A DNA stretch of 63,933 nucleotides, filler included, from Octopus bimaculoides (lineage: Eukaryota): NCBI RefSeq assembly GCF_001194135.2. It is 7 parts of 6 records of this genome, joined end to end, with 100 filler letters (N's around TTAATTAATTAA, not from the genome) between each part and the next. Parts side by side here need not be neighbours in the genome. Positions count along the whole stretch, not along the records: positions 7,357 to 14,054 come from NC_068985.1; positions 14,155 to 32,266 come from NC_068982.1; 5 more parts are not named here. One strand, written 5' to 3'. Below the pieces are notes generated by a model. That model worked only from the letters and a program-made list of their open reading frames with translations, was not told the DNA's origin and did not search any database. Positions 13,269 to 26,338 of the stretch are shown piece after piece (position 1 is the stretch's first letter; each line of letters opens with the position of its first letter). The position numbers and the translations under genes are program-made.

Positions 13269-13999
13269 AAAACAAAACAAAAAACTAGAACAGTAACTAA
13301 TCACAAAACAATATATAAAAATTGGCGTAAATTTGAGCAAGAGAACACTAACTACGAATGACAAGTTCATTGGATTCCTTGCTCTTTTTACGAGAAGTTG
13401 TGTTAAGAAACACTGACATGCAAAAATTCTTTGACCCGTCTTGCGAATTGGTAACTAAATGCTGACACGAAACGAATGCCAGAGAATTTAGAAATAGAAA
13501 TAATGGAAAGCGTTCTCCGCTTCACCACATCTTGCATGAGTATTCGTCTTTTCCGTAAATACACGTACACGAACACACACACACGCACCGAGGCACACAA
13601 ACACACACAAACACACACAAACACCACGCATTTACATACATACGTATATATAAATATATACATGCATACACGCATATATTTATGAACATGAATATATAAT
13701 ACATAATAACGCACACACCACACATATTCACGCACACACCACACATCTACATACATTCATATATATATATATACATATATGTATATAAATACATGTATAT
13801 ACATTCATGAACATGTATAAAAAATACATGTATATATACATATATACATAAGCACACACACACACACACACATACCCAAACACACAAGCATGCATGGACG
13901 CACACACGCATACAAAACCCCCACACGTTTTTACATAAACATGTATATAGTTTAAAGTTGCTTCTTTTTCTTTTGGTTTGTTTATGTGTGAGTGTTTGC

Positions 14000-14054
<55 letters not shown>

Positions 14055-14429
14055 NNNNNNNNNNNNNNNNNNNNNNNNNNNNNNNNNNNNNNNNNNNNTT
14101 AATTAATTAANNNNNNNNNNNNNNNNNNNNNNNNNNNNNNNNNNNNNNNNNNNNATATATATATATATATACATATATATTATTATCATTAGGGTAACTG
14201 AGCTCGACGAGCTGGATTTCCGTAAGAGGCCTATGAAACTTTAAGTCACATAGAACCGAATCAAACTGTTTTAAGTAATATATAACTCTTATTAAATATG
14301 TTGAGCGCCTCTTTCCTTTGTCAACTCCCCCATATATATATATATCGTGTCAGTGGATCATACATCCGAAAAAGAAGCACACTCTAAAAGTTAGAGCAGT
14401 AATGTATTTACATGAAGTTAAATATATAT

Positions 14430-14502
14430 CCGATTATAGTGACCACTGGTTTCGCATCCATAAAGCGCTTAGCTTTATAGACGACTCGTCAGACTCCAAT
14501 GG
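14430..14502 (-). ncRNA. Type I hammerhead ribozyme, intact core, in the 3' region (pseudo-LTR) of a Penelope-like element
   Basis: Minus strand reads CCATTGGAGT CTGACGA GTCGTCTATAAAGC TAAGC GCTTTATGGATGC GAAA CCAGTGG TC ACTATAATCGG. All core nucleotides are present and all three stems can form. Confidence 0.85.
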
Positions 14503-14713
14503 CCGCGGCATATAACCTCTCTCCAAACTGGAGGTAGGAAACCATTACGGTCACATAATTTGTAAACAAAAGAATAATAACATTGTTTGAGCCTCAAACT
14601 GGACAAGTCACCACCCTTAGACTAGTTTGGTTGGCAAATCTTATGGACTTGAAGGACAAACAGGGAATCTCTGCCCTGAGGCTGGTTCCAGTCTGCAAGT
14701 ATGTTTTACAGCC

Positions 14714-15315
14714 CTAATCGACGTACGAGGAATCCCACGCCTGCATCAAGTAACGTTTGAAATGGAGGCAAGGGCTATAGATCTCGTGCGTCGAGTTTAA
14801 GAGAAATCTTGGGGCCAGTGAGTCTTTAGGGATCCTTGTCCGCTCTGCTATGCATCATCTGTTCCCGTTTATATAGGACTCCGGTTGTTCTTTGATCCTC
14901 CATTTTATTTCGTATTAAGTTCCTTCATCCTTAAGGCTCACATGTGTCTGCTCAGAGAGGTGATGTAACGTCTTTCCGGAACCCTAAAAGAGAACCTGTG
15001 GTTGTACAGGCGCCGCTTAAAGGCAGTTCTGGCCGACCCGATGTATCTCCAAACTTGAGTGTATATTGTGTTCACGCTTCTGGTGTATCTTCTGTTGGCT
15101 CTGGACCTGGAGTTGTTGTTGCCACTGCTGTTGTTGGAGCTGTTATCGGTGCTGTTATTACAGGCCGTGGGTCCGGCGTTGTCGCTGTAGTTGTTGCCGC
15201 TGCAGTACTCATCCCAGGCCGTAGTGTTGGTCTTGTTGCTGCTGGTGTGGTCGTCATCTGTGGCCGTAGCGCTGGTGCTGGTGCTGCGGGCGTTGCTGTC
15301 GACCTCGGTAACATT
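14714..15315 (-). mobile_element. Penelope-like element remnant: degenerate GIY-YIG endonuclease and ORF C-terminus
   Basis: IYTQVWRYIGSARTAFKRRLYNHRFSFRVPERRYITSLSRHM*, then frameshifted YEIKWRIKE and LNSTHEIYSPCLHFKRYLM. These match the PLE GIY-YIG motifs YIG..T.FK.R..NH..SF, T.LS.H.W and LN.R.E....C.H. Stops and frameshifts are present. Confidence 0.85.
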
Positions 15316-15464
15316 AATGTACACACACACACATACACATATATACACATACATTTACATATATATACACCGTATATGTACATATATATGTGTGTGTGTG
15401 TGCAACCGGTCGTGGGTGGGTTAATCGGCCTTGAAGGATTCAACCTAGTTAGGTCACAAAAAGA

Positions 15465-15990
15465 TTCTGGTGTGAAGACGCTGTCCTTGATGTCCAAGAT
15501 CTATTATATGCTACGTAGATGGAAGATGTTAAATACCTGAGACAAATGTTGAACATCAAGAAAACTAATCAAAATCATCAACAATGAGGTCCTGACATGT
15601 GCACCCAGATACCCGGCTTCCTTATACTTCAACAACGACATCTTCATTAGGTTACGTACATCGAATGTCAGATAAGAGGATCCAGAAAGACTTGCCATAT
15701 AAGGAACTTGCCTCCAGCAAGAGAGCAAGAAGGCCATTCCAGCTCCGATTCAAATATATCTGCAAGAGAGATATGATGTCTCTTTATAGGAACTTTGAAA
15801 GGTTGGAGGACACTGCTGGTAATCCATCCCAATTGAAACTAGAACCAAAAAATGGTTTAAAAAGATGTGAGAAGGTGGGGATTGCTGATGACGAAAAGAA
15901 ATCCCGGCGGAAAAACAGCACCAGGACAAGACTGGCAGATTGTGCCTTTAGATGCAGTCACAGCAGACCCATGGCCTCGTGAGACTAACG
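15465..15990 (+). mobile_element. RTE-clade LINE 3' fragment
   Basis: LGYVHRMSDKRIQKDLPYKELASSKRARRPFQLRFKYICKRDM matches the RTE pattern LGHV.RM.D.RIPK.LLYGEL..G.R..GRP.LR.KD.CKRD. Confidence 0.85.
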
Positions 15991-16197
15991 GCTGACTGAT
16001 TGACTGACTGTCTGTCTGTATGTATGTCCATATTTTTTCAATAATAGGTAGATATCTATTATTGAAAAAATACTGATCTCTTTCAGTAGGAAATCTCAAG
16101 TACCAGAAAATTAACAAAAATGATATTGAAAATAATTGTTCATCCATTTCTCGATACTGAATGCTGTTTTTCAGTTTGTTACTAATGCACCCCACGT

Positions 16198-16286
<89 letters not shown>

Positions 16287-16319
16287 ATTATAACTTAGAT
16301 TGGTTTCTGCTATTATCAG

Positions 16320-16800
16320 CCAGCCCATGACTAACTTGATAGCACCGCCTGGATTGGTCTTTCAAAACACATTTCAGGACACCATGGACAAGTCGAGCAG
16401 ATATGTCGTCTGAGATGTATCCAGGTGTTGGTGGTTTGTTTGGTACTTCTTGGATTCATTTTTCTAGGTACCGTTTGAATGTTGTGGGTCTTTATTTACT
16501 TTAAATGTTTTTCGGGATAACGTTGAATAAAGCAGGACCATTTGAGGTAAAAAAAAAAAGAAGAAATAAAAAACGTTGCATCACAATGTTCTTATGTAAT
16601 ATGAACTCGACTTTTGTAGGGAACGTATGACACGGAGGCTAGCCTTTGGTGACTCGTAAACTCGATACCGACATCAATATAGTCGGATCACAAGAAGATT
16701 TGACGTAATCAAAGAGTGGGTAAAATGCCCATGATCTTCGCAGGTCCTCTGAGATCGGTGAGACTGACAAGGATGTTGTTCAGCTTGAACTTCTCTATGC
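16320..16800 (-). mobile_element. CR1/L2-like LINE 3' remnant related to 2195-2560
   Basis: Decayed GIEFTSHQRL...NGPALFNVIPK...TFKRYLEK..QEVPNKPPTPGY, followed by a ggcggtgct tail. Confidence 0.55.
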
Positions 16801-19481
16801 ATACATGCAGACGTTCATACTCACTTAACGGTGCATCACCAGGCCTCCGTTGAATACAATATGTATGTATGTACACCAAAACTAGAATATACGCATATCT
16901 TTAAAAATAACATTCTAATAAAATCATTAATCCAGTGCAAGCACAATAGATCTGATATCGTTCTATTAGACAGGACTATGTATGTATGTATGTATGTATG
17001 TATGTATGTATGTATGTATGTATGTATGAATGTATGTATGTACGTTGAGATGTTAGTATGCATATATGCATGTATCTAATGTGTAGGTATCCAAATATGC
17101 TGGTATGCTTGTTTGCATATATGTATATACGTTAATATGGATATGTTTTTGCATGGATGCGTGCTTATGTAGACAATCATATATACATGTATGGATGTTC
17201 ATTATTCCGATTTTATTTTTAAAATTTCTCACCAGTAGTGAAAGAACCAGTTTATATTCGAGGAAGAAGACACTTTTATTGGAATTGAGACAACATTAAC
17301 CATGTAGGAAGTATGCATATAGGTATCTGCTTACATATGTGAATTTGTATTCTTTGGCTTATATATGCACTTAGATATGAATACATATATGTATATATGT
17401 ATGCATATAAGATATATAGCTATGTATACATATCAATAATTGTATATCTATACGGGTGTATATATATGTATGCACATATTGCAAACGAAACTTCTAGCAT
17501 GTTTTGCATATTTTCCCTGTTCCGTAATAAATTGTAATTACAATTTCTTATTTAATCACGCCCATTCTAATTCTGTGTAGCCCAGCTTCTGAATACTGAT
17601 GCTGAAGCAGTTAGTTACATAACCTAGTGCGGCAAAAAATAATGGGTATAGATCTAAAATTATAGCCCAGGTGTAGTACCTGTAGATTTCTTATTTTGAC
17701 AGAACTTTTTTGTTATCCTCTCCATTATATTAACATTTATTGAACAACACATTTCCACTCGCATACTTTTTTTTTCTCAATCCTAGATCATAAATTTGGT
17801 ATGTTTGCCTGCACTTTTACAAAGGTTTTGGCAGAAACATTCTCCTAATACATAATGGCAAAAAGTCATCCGTCATATGACGGATAACCCTGGAAATATA
17901 CTTTTTCCACCATAGGAAATATCAGGAAATATGACATACGTACAATAATTATAATTTAAACTTTCATCAAACTTCTTGGTGTTTATACAAAATGATGAAA
18001 CGAATTCTAATTGTCAAGAGAAAAAAATCTATTTATCTTAAAATAATATTAAATAAAACAAATTTCTCATTTGTATATTTGTAGAAAATGTATGTTATTT
18101 TTCTGAAGTTTATCAGCACAATCGCAATCTACTCTAGAGTAACATATCTTTGCAAAATTTCATTTAAAAAATGTGCAGTTTTCAGAAAGTTACAAGATCC
18201 TTCCCTGTATCTCTTTATTGTGCTAACTCTCTCAGTAGATCGCTTTTACTCGCCTCCTCTTCTACACAGTGTAAATCCTGACTGGAGAAATCAACCAGCC
18301 AGCAATTATATTGGTCATTATAAAATAAAGATGCTTTCATATTATAAATATACTATCTTCATCGTCGCCGATCGATCAAATCATACCAGCTATTTTCTCT
18401 CTTTCTTTGAGGAAGATTTCCCCCTTTGTTCTGAATGATTTTCGTCTTTTTGGTGCCAGATATCCAATTTTTGTATTAGTTTTAGTTCTTGAATACTTGC
18501 AGACGTTGGTGCATGTATTTTGTAGCTTATCCCCCAACCCATCACCTGACGCTCTAAGTTTCGGTTTGTCTTTAATTTAATTCTGTTTATCCAATAGGAA
18601 TGACCGTTAAATTTATTAATTTTCGGAGACATCTGAGGAATTTGGTGTACTTTTCTACCAAGCTAGCTCCAAGCTGCATGTTTGGTGTTGGATTAAATCG
18701 AACCACTACTTGATTGGTACTTTATTTTATTGACGCCCGGAACGGTCAAAAGCAATATACACCTTGATCAGGTTTGAGCTTAAACAAAATAAAAAATTGG
18801 AACAAATACCGCAAAGCATTTTGTCCTACACTCCAACGATTCTGTTCAATATCTAACATCATTGTAACTTATATTTTAATCTTCAGGGCGATACTTTCTA
18901 CAGATTGCGCTGTATAGTATTTTGGTCGACACGTCGTGCCTCATACGTCCATAATATTGTGATAAGATTTTCAGACAACAGCATATCATGTAAGTTGCAT
19001 TTTCGTTGTTAATTCTGATGAGTCCGATTCAGCTGTCACATTAGGCGTTTTAACTGCATCCCTTGTCTTTTTTTTTTTTTTTTTNNNNNNNNNNNNNNNN
19101 NNNNNNNNNNNNNNNNNNNNNNNNNNNNNNNNNNNNNNNNNNNNNNNNNNNNNNNNNNNNNNNNNNNNNNNNNNNNNNNNNNNNNNNNNNNNNNNNNNNN
19201 NNNNNNNNNNNNNNNNNNNNNNNNNNNNNNNNNNNNNNNNNNNNNNNNNNNNNNNNNNNNNNNNNNNNNNNNNNNNNNNNNNNNNNNNNNNNNNNNNNNN
19301 NNNNNNNNNNNNNNNNNNNNNNNNNNNNNNNNNNNNNNNNNNNNNNNNNNNNNNNNNNNNNNNNNNNNNNNNNNNNNNNNNNNNNNNNNNNNNNNNNNNN
19401 NNNNNNNNNNNNNNNNNNNNNNNNNNNNNNNNNNNNNNNNNNNNNNNNNNNNNNNNNNNNNNNNNNNNNNNNNNNNNNNNN

Positions 19482-19510
19482 CCCTAACCCTAACCCTAAT
19501 CCTAACCCTA
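19482..19510 (-). repeat. Short interstitial (TTAGGG)n-like tract at a gap edge
   Basis: ccctaaccctaaccctaatcctaacccta. Confidence 0.7.
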
Positions 19511-19942
19511 ATTGACTTGCTCCTTCCCTCAAAAACCATGCCTTGTGCCTATAATAGAAAGGTTTATTAGCTACTGCCAATATGCTTCAGCCATTTTTTG
19601 ACAAGGAAATAATAATTTTATCACCGCCGAGAATCGTTTGTTTACGTAGTCAGCACTTAATTTTTACGGCTGAATGGACGTCAGTCATTGGTTGAAATTA
19701 CAGAAATACGACAACTTTAACATGAAATAACTTGCGATGTACGTTTTTTTGTTAAGAAGACTAAGAGAAAAAGATGTTTTATATGACACATTCTACCAGT
19801 GTCCCAAGTTTCAAAGTGTTTCGTTAAGAAAATACTGGTGCCCCCGTTTTGAACAAGATCCGAGTGCTAATATAGCATATGTTGATCAAAGTTAGACTAA
19901 TCTGATTAGTCTGTGTGTTTGTATCTCTCCACATACATACAT

Positions 19943-20041
<99 letters not shown>

Positions 20042-20528
20042 CACACACACACAGATTCACACATGCAATGACATAAATGCATACAATCATACACGCACTC
20101 ACACACATCCACACAAATATGCATGTATGTATGTGATTTCGTACATGAACTTGTGTGTTGATTTACATATGTCTACAAATATATCAATGCCCATAAAAGC
20201 ATACATACATTCATGCTTCGGGCATGACTGTGTATTTATGGAACTATAAAGAAGGGGATGGTTTCTCTAAGAAACAAATTCCATCATCGAGCTGTTATTT
20301 AAAAAAATTCTAAGAGACCAAATGTATGTATTTAAAGTCATTATTGTTACAAACATGCGAGATATATGCAAAAAGAAAAGAAAAGGGAGAACCATAAGTG
20401 AGTAATAAGTTACTCACTTTTCAATTTTTTTTAAAAACATGTTCTTGTTGTTTCCCCTCAATGTTTAGTTTAAAATATAGGTTTTAGGTTCAATTCTAGA
20501 TGAGTCAGCAATATATTTTCATCTAAAT

Positions 20529-20880
20529 CAGAGCTTCTCAACCATTTTTCATCTACGGACCCCTTTCATTACTATTTTATTCTGGTGGACCCCACCTGGC
20601 CATTTAATGTTTCGAAAACTAGTTTTATAGAAACTCCTTTCAAAATTCCTATTTTTGCTTATCACACATTCACTAGCGTAAGTTGAACTATGTAAAATGT
20701 TAGAGAAAGAAACAATGCTGTTTCTTGCAATACATACCAATACATACATCTAAATCAAATTTTTTTCAGAATCCCTTAAACAGCTGTTGTGGATCCCCGG
20801 TTCACTATTTTGTTGTGTAGATCCCTCAAAATCTTATTTGGACCTTCAGGGGCCATATGGACCCTGGTTGAGAACCACTG
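20529..20880. mobile_element. hAT (Charlie-like) MITE with 8-bp TSD
   Basis: CAGAGCTTCTCAACC ... GGTTGAGAACCACTG, with TSD ATCTAAAT on both sides and subterminal ggacccc motifs. Confidence 0.9.
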
Positions 20881-21859
20881 ATCTAAATGAACGTTAGTGT
20901 TATTGCAGAAGTTTAAGATTAAAACCCGAAGTTGAAAAGACAGCAAGTAACATCTGAATGATAAGGATTGAGACTTTCTCGTCCAGTTTTCAAAAGCTTA
21001 CGGAATTATTTATATTTTACCATAAACAAATGGGCGATAATTATGGGGATACCATGCAGCATATTATGGTTAATTTTTTACTAATTACAACCATTTTCAA
21101 ATTTTGATTGGCAAACTTTCAGAATAGCTGTCACTACTTCATGGAGAAGGAAAAGGGCAAGGATTTGAGTGGTTGTTTCCTTCTGAGAAGGACTTTTTAT
21201 CCATTGATTCAATTTTTTTAAACATTTTTGTACCCCGTTCAATTCCGTGGCCTTTTTCGGTAAATTTGTACTATTACACCTGCCTCACGAGACGGATGTA
21301 ACAGAAAAAAGAAATTTCCATAATTTTAGATGAAATTGACTGAAGCATTGTTTCTCATAGGTGAGGGTTTAATAAAATGTTCGTAAACTTTCAAATTTGT
21401 CTAACACAATAGCAAGAAAGAAGAATTATATGGAGGCAAGCCATCTTTTGTTTTATCATTACTAAAAAGGAGGTAGGTTGGGGGAAATTTCAGTAATATT
21501 TTGTGGTGAGTGAGGCTGGCATTTGTCAGTTTGAGAGCCTAATGGATCTGGTATTAGAATACTGGTTCATACTTTGTGCGTTCAAATCACTATGGGTTTT
21601 TGTTGTGATTTTGGACATCTCACCCCCTTTTCACATTGCTTTCAGCTCACCTAACAGCTGGAAAGCTACGACCAATAGACTTGTCCTATCTATGATCGAT
21701 TTGTTTTTCACTTGATGCATATTTAAGACTACATTGCACAATATGTTCTTCCTGCTTAAAGATGGAAAGGTGTTATTTGAGGGAATTTGATTGCTATTTC
21801 TAGCAAGTATAGTGGTCACATACATGCTCCACCGTCGTCTCTTTTAAGTCTTGTAGCCT

Positions 21860-22800
21860 GTTACCTGACCCGATGCCAGGGTATTCAGCGTGCACCCTCT
21901 TTTGAAAGCTCTATTTTGTGCGTCCTTCTCTCAGCCCAACAATGAAGCCCGTCCAAATTTTTTTTCTACAACATCTTCCAGCCAACAACTTTATTATACT
22001 AGCTGCGAAAATTCATTAAAAAAAATCAGTTAATTTACTAACAAGAAATCTATAGATATAGAACAATGAAATATTGCTGAGTAAATTTGGGCAAAAATTT
22101 GGAATATTTCGCACCATACCAGATGACAAGTCGTAACACAACACGAGCTTCTCGACCACCACCCCTACCCCCACATGTGTCCTCCGTCCCTCAGTGTTTG
22201 GGAGTGACCACATTTGTCCTCTTAATTGTTAAGTTTATGTGTTTTTAATTGGATTAAGAAATTTTGTATATGTTATTTGTGGAGACACCTCGATTTTAGC
22301 AGCCTAGGGGATCTCCTAGTTTGCCTGGTGCTTCCACTCTTGCCTATTGTAGTTACATATCTCCTCCGTACGAGTTCCGAGATACATCTCGCAGATGCTC
22401 TGGAATGCATCATCAATAATGTTTTTGGAGTCTCGGGAGTTTTGGGTCTTCCAACATTAAATCTCAACGCCTAATTGACCCGACTAGGGTTGATCATGTC
22501 CCAACTTGCATCCAAGTAGCCTTCTTTATCCAAAGCCACACAGTCGCCTTCTGTTAGCTTCAGTGATGAAATTTATGATCCTCTTCTTTACTGCACCAGT
22601 AACTACAAACCTAATCAGAACTTTACAGAATGAACGCCCCACAAATGTCCGACAATCCAATGGTGTCACAACGCGTCTACCAGCCCTGGTTTTCTGCGCT
22701 GCTTTAACTAGCTCCTGGTATTAGTCGAACTTCTCATAAGCCTTCGCCATATATTCTTCCCAGGGCCCAGTCTGTTCCCACATGATTACCTGTTTGGTGG
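21860..22800 (-). mobile_element. Highly decayed RTE-like LINE remnant
   Basis: Broken-frame patches resembling RTE C-terminal motifs (LGHD.., D.R.PKTLL, WEDVVEKNL...DAQNR). Many stops. Confidence 0.4.
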
Positions 22801-23385
22801 AATTTGAGAACACGCAATGCACTAGGAATCACTTCATTTGTTGTCTTTATTGTTAAGTTTCCGTGTTTCTAACTGGATTAAAATTTTTTTTTGTGTGAGT
22901 TTATTTATGTCCCCTCCTCGGATTTTAGCGCCCAAGACGTTCTCCTTGTCTACCTGGTGCCTAGCGCCCGTTCCTGCCTATTGCTCTGAAGTATCTACTC
23001 TTTCATGCAAAAATTTGTATTAAAACAATTTTAATATCATTTAATAACAGTGATGATTAAATGGTGTAGTTAACACACCTAACTGGAAAGAGTGTTTTAA
23101 TTTTGTGTCTAGCAGTATATATTGACGGCCAGCAGAGCATAGCAACTTGTTTAGGAAATGGTTTTATGTTGGCGGCAAAAGCGGCGGCTGCAGCACCGGT
23201 AGCACCACCAGCAGCAGCAGCAGGCTATCATTGTACCAAAGCGTAATGAGTTATTTATGTATAACTTATCTTATTTGTTTACAATTATAGCTATAACCAC
23301 CATTCATATTCTCTGAAACCGGCTTCAAGTAGAGACGGCAAGACATCATTTTGCCTGATCACACACACACACACACGCACACACA

Positions 23386-23449
<64 letters not shown>

Positions 23450-23602
23450 CACACGCGTGCTCTCTTTGTCTGTCTGTCTCTCCTCCACTGTCTCTCACAC
23501 TTTCTATTATACACTCATATTATATGTTTGCATACTTACAGAGGGAGTAAAAGCAAGTCTGATAAATATAGAAAGGTAATAGGAGACAAATAGATAGATT
23601 AT

Positions 23603-23639
<37 letters not shown>

Positions 23640-23663
23640 TAGATAGCTAAATAGATAGATAGG

Positions 23664-23695
<32 letters not shown>

Positions 23696-24236
23696 GGAAG
23701 AGAGAGAGATGAGACTTACAAAGAGAGATCTTGAAGGAGAGGACAATAGCATACACATAAAGGAAAGAAAGAAAGAGAGAGAGTGAGAGAGAGAGAGATT
23801 CGCATAGAAATACAATACAGTCAAACATCTATACTATAATATCAGCAATGACGTAGATTTTCATTAGATACCCAGAGCCATCTACGTACTACGTAGGCAA
23901 CAACAACAAAAGAAAAAGGCAAAAAAAAAACCGAAAAAAAAAAAGTTAGAATCCGAAGAAACTAATAATTTACGTTCGACATCGGCAAACGCTGTACAAA
24001 ATATTCTGTGGAAATGTTTTATGTTCGTGAGAAGAAAATACTAGTTTTAGGCAGAACTTTTCTCAACTTCCTCTTGGCATAAAACTTATTCCATTGTTAG
24101 AATTACAAGTCCGTAGACATTTTGAACTCTTATATAAACACATACAATCGAGCAGTCGCTCTCCCACACACATACAGGTGCGCAAGTACAACCTCCCCCC
24201 ACCACACGCACATGCACACAGTTCTACACAAATAAA

Positions 24237-24283
<47 letters not shown>

Positions 24284-24463
24284 ATATATAATACGCATAT
24301 ACAAATGCAGGACAAAAAAAAAACACACTTTACCAACTTTGACTTTGTGCACCACGTTCCCATGTACTTTTGGCTATTATTGCTATCTTAACTTATCGTT
24401 GCTTTCCATCCCACCTTTTATCATTTTTCAATGAGTTGTAACTCACCTGAGCACTGTATTGAG

Positions 24464-24660
24464 CAGTGGTGCTCAACCAATTTTTGTCCGTGGATCACAT
24501 TGATTCCTATTTTATTCTCCTGGACTTCCATAACCATTTAATGCATATAAAAACCCTATTGTATTTATGATTAAATATTATTTGGAATCAAATGAAAAAA
24601 GACGTAATTGGAGTATTTTGTGTATCGTAGAAGTATAACCAATTTATTATGGTCCATAAG
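24464..24660. mobile_element. Partial hAT MITE
   Basis: cagtggtgctcaaccaatttttgtccgtggatc left end resembles the element at 20529. The right end is not seen. Confidence 0.45.
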
Positions 24661-24935
24661 AGTGGGAGTTCAGTCGGCAAATCTGTCCGGGGTCGGGAGG
24701 GCTAAAAAAAGAGACCTGTAACTATCTGCTGGACCCATCCCTAAAATAGAAAACAACTTCTCAATATCTTCAGTTCTGAGGTGACACTCCTAACTAGGGT
24801 TCTAAAGCAGTCTTGTTCCATTTTGCGGTCTTCTTGAACTGGAAAGGTCCTGCATACTCATGCCACGCAAGTTTTGAAGGTTATCTTATATGAATAAACT
24901 TACATGAATGCATAGATGAATCTATCTATCTATCC

Positions 24936-24983
<48 letters not shown>

Positions 24984-25400
24984 GTCTGTCTGTCTGTCTG
25001 TCTACCTGCCTGTCTATCTGTCTGTCTGTATCTATGAATATATACGTATGTATAGATATGTATGCTTGTATTGTACGTGTGTATGTATGCGTGTGTATAT
25101 ATACGTATGTATGAATACACGTGTGTAGCCTCTAATATCTTTTACGCGTTTTGGACATGTCTTATAATATATATATTATAAGACATGTATATATATATAT
25201 ATAATGTCCTGTACCCAGATATGCACCTATACATACAGGTGGATGTCGGTATGCACATACCTGTACGTATATATGCATATACTCATTTACTTTTGTTTTT
25301 ACATGATTGAACGCAGCGTCTCACAAAAATTGTAAGTAGTTCGTAAACTTATCCTCCGACGCTACTCTATCTCTTTCTCTTTCCTTTCTCCCCCCCCTCG

Positions 25401-25482
25401 TTCTTCCTCTGTACTACTACGTATCTCGCCTTACCCCTCTTGTTCTTCCTCTGTACTACTACGTATCTCGCCTTACCCCTCT
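25401..25482. repeat. 42-bp minisatellite running into a gap
   Basis: ttcttcctctgtactactacgtatctcgccttacccctct starts at 25401 and again at 25443. Confidence 0.85.
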
Positions 25483-26285
25483 NNNNNNNNNNNNNNNNNN
25501 NNNNNNNNNNNNNNNNNNNNNNNNNNNNNNNNNNNNNNNNNNNNNNNNNNNNNNNNNNNNNNNNNNNNNNNNNNNNNNNNNNNNNNNNNNNNNNNNNNNN
25601 NNNNNNNNNNNNNNNNNNNNNNNNNNNNNNNNNNNNNNNNNNNNNNNNNNNNNNNNNNNNNNNNNNNNNNNNNNNNNNNNNNNNNNNNNNNNNNNNNNNN
25701 NNNNNNNNNNNNNNNNNNNNNNNNNNNNNNNNNNNNNNNNNNNNNNNNNNNNNNNNNNNNNNNNNNNNNNNNNNNNNNNNNNNNNNNNNNNNNNNNNNNN
25801 NNNNNNNNNNNNNNNNNNNNNNNNNNNNNNNNNNNNNNNNNNNNNNNNNNNNNNNNNNNNNNNNNNNNNNNNNNNNNNNNNNNNNNNNNNNNNNNNNNNN
25901 NNNNNNNNNNNNNNNNNNNNNNNNNNNNNNNNNNNNNNNNNNNNNNNNNNNNNNNNNNNNNNNNNNNNNNNNNNNNNNNNNNNNNNNNNNNNNNNNNNNN
26001 NNNNNNNNNNNNNNNNNNNNNNNNNNNNNNNNNNNNNNNNNNNNNNNNNNNNNNNNNNNNNNNNNNNNNNNNNNNNNNNNNNNNNNNNNNNNNNNNNNNN
26101 NNNNNNNNNNNNNNNNNNNNNNNNNNNNNNNNNNNNNNNNNNNNNNNNNNNNNNNNNNNNNNNNNNNNNNNNNNNNNNNNNNNNNNNNNNATATATATAT
26201 ATATATATATATATATAATAAATCATCAAAGAAAATAGTAAATAGCAAAAATTGTAAAAGTACGATTACAACAATAACACACACA

Positions 26286-26338
<53 letters not shown>

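Noticed and set aside
14198-14250. CTCGACGA-GCTGG...GAAACTTTAAGTC on the plus strand
   Set aside because: There is an insertion in the core, and stems I and II are poor. At most a very decayed hammerhead.
18387-18632. 80-aa minus-strand ORF with apparent acceptor and donor sites
   Set aside because: A stop precedes the donor in the only open frame, and no domain is recognisable.
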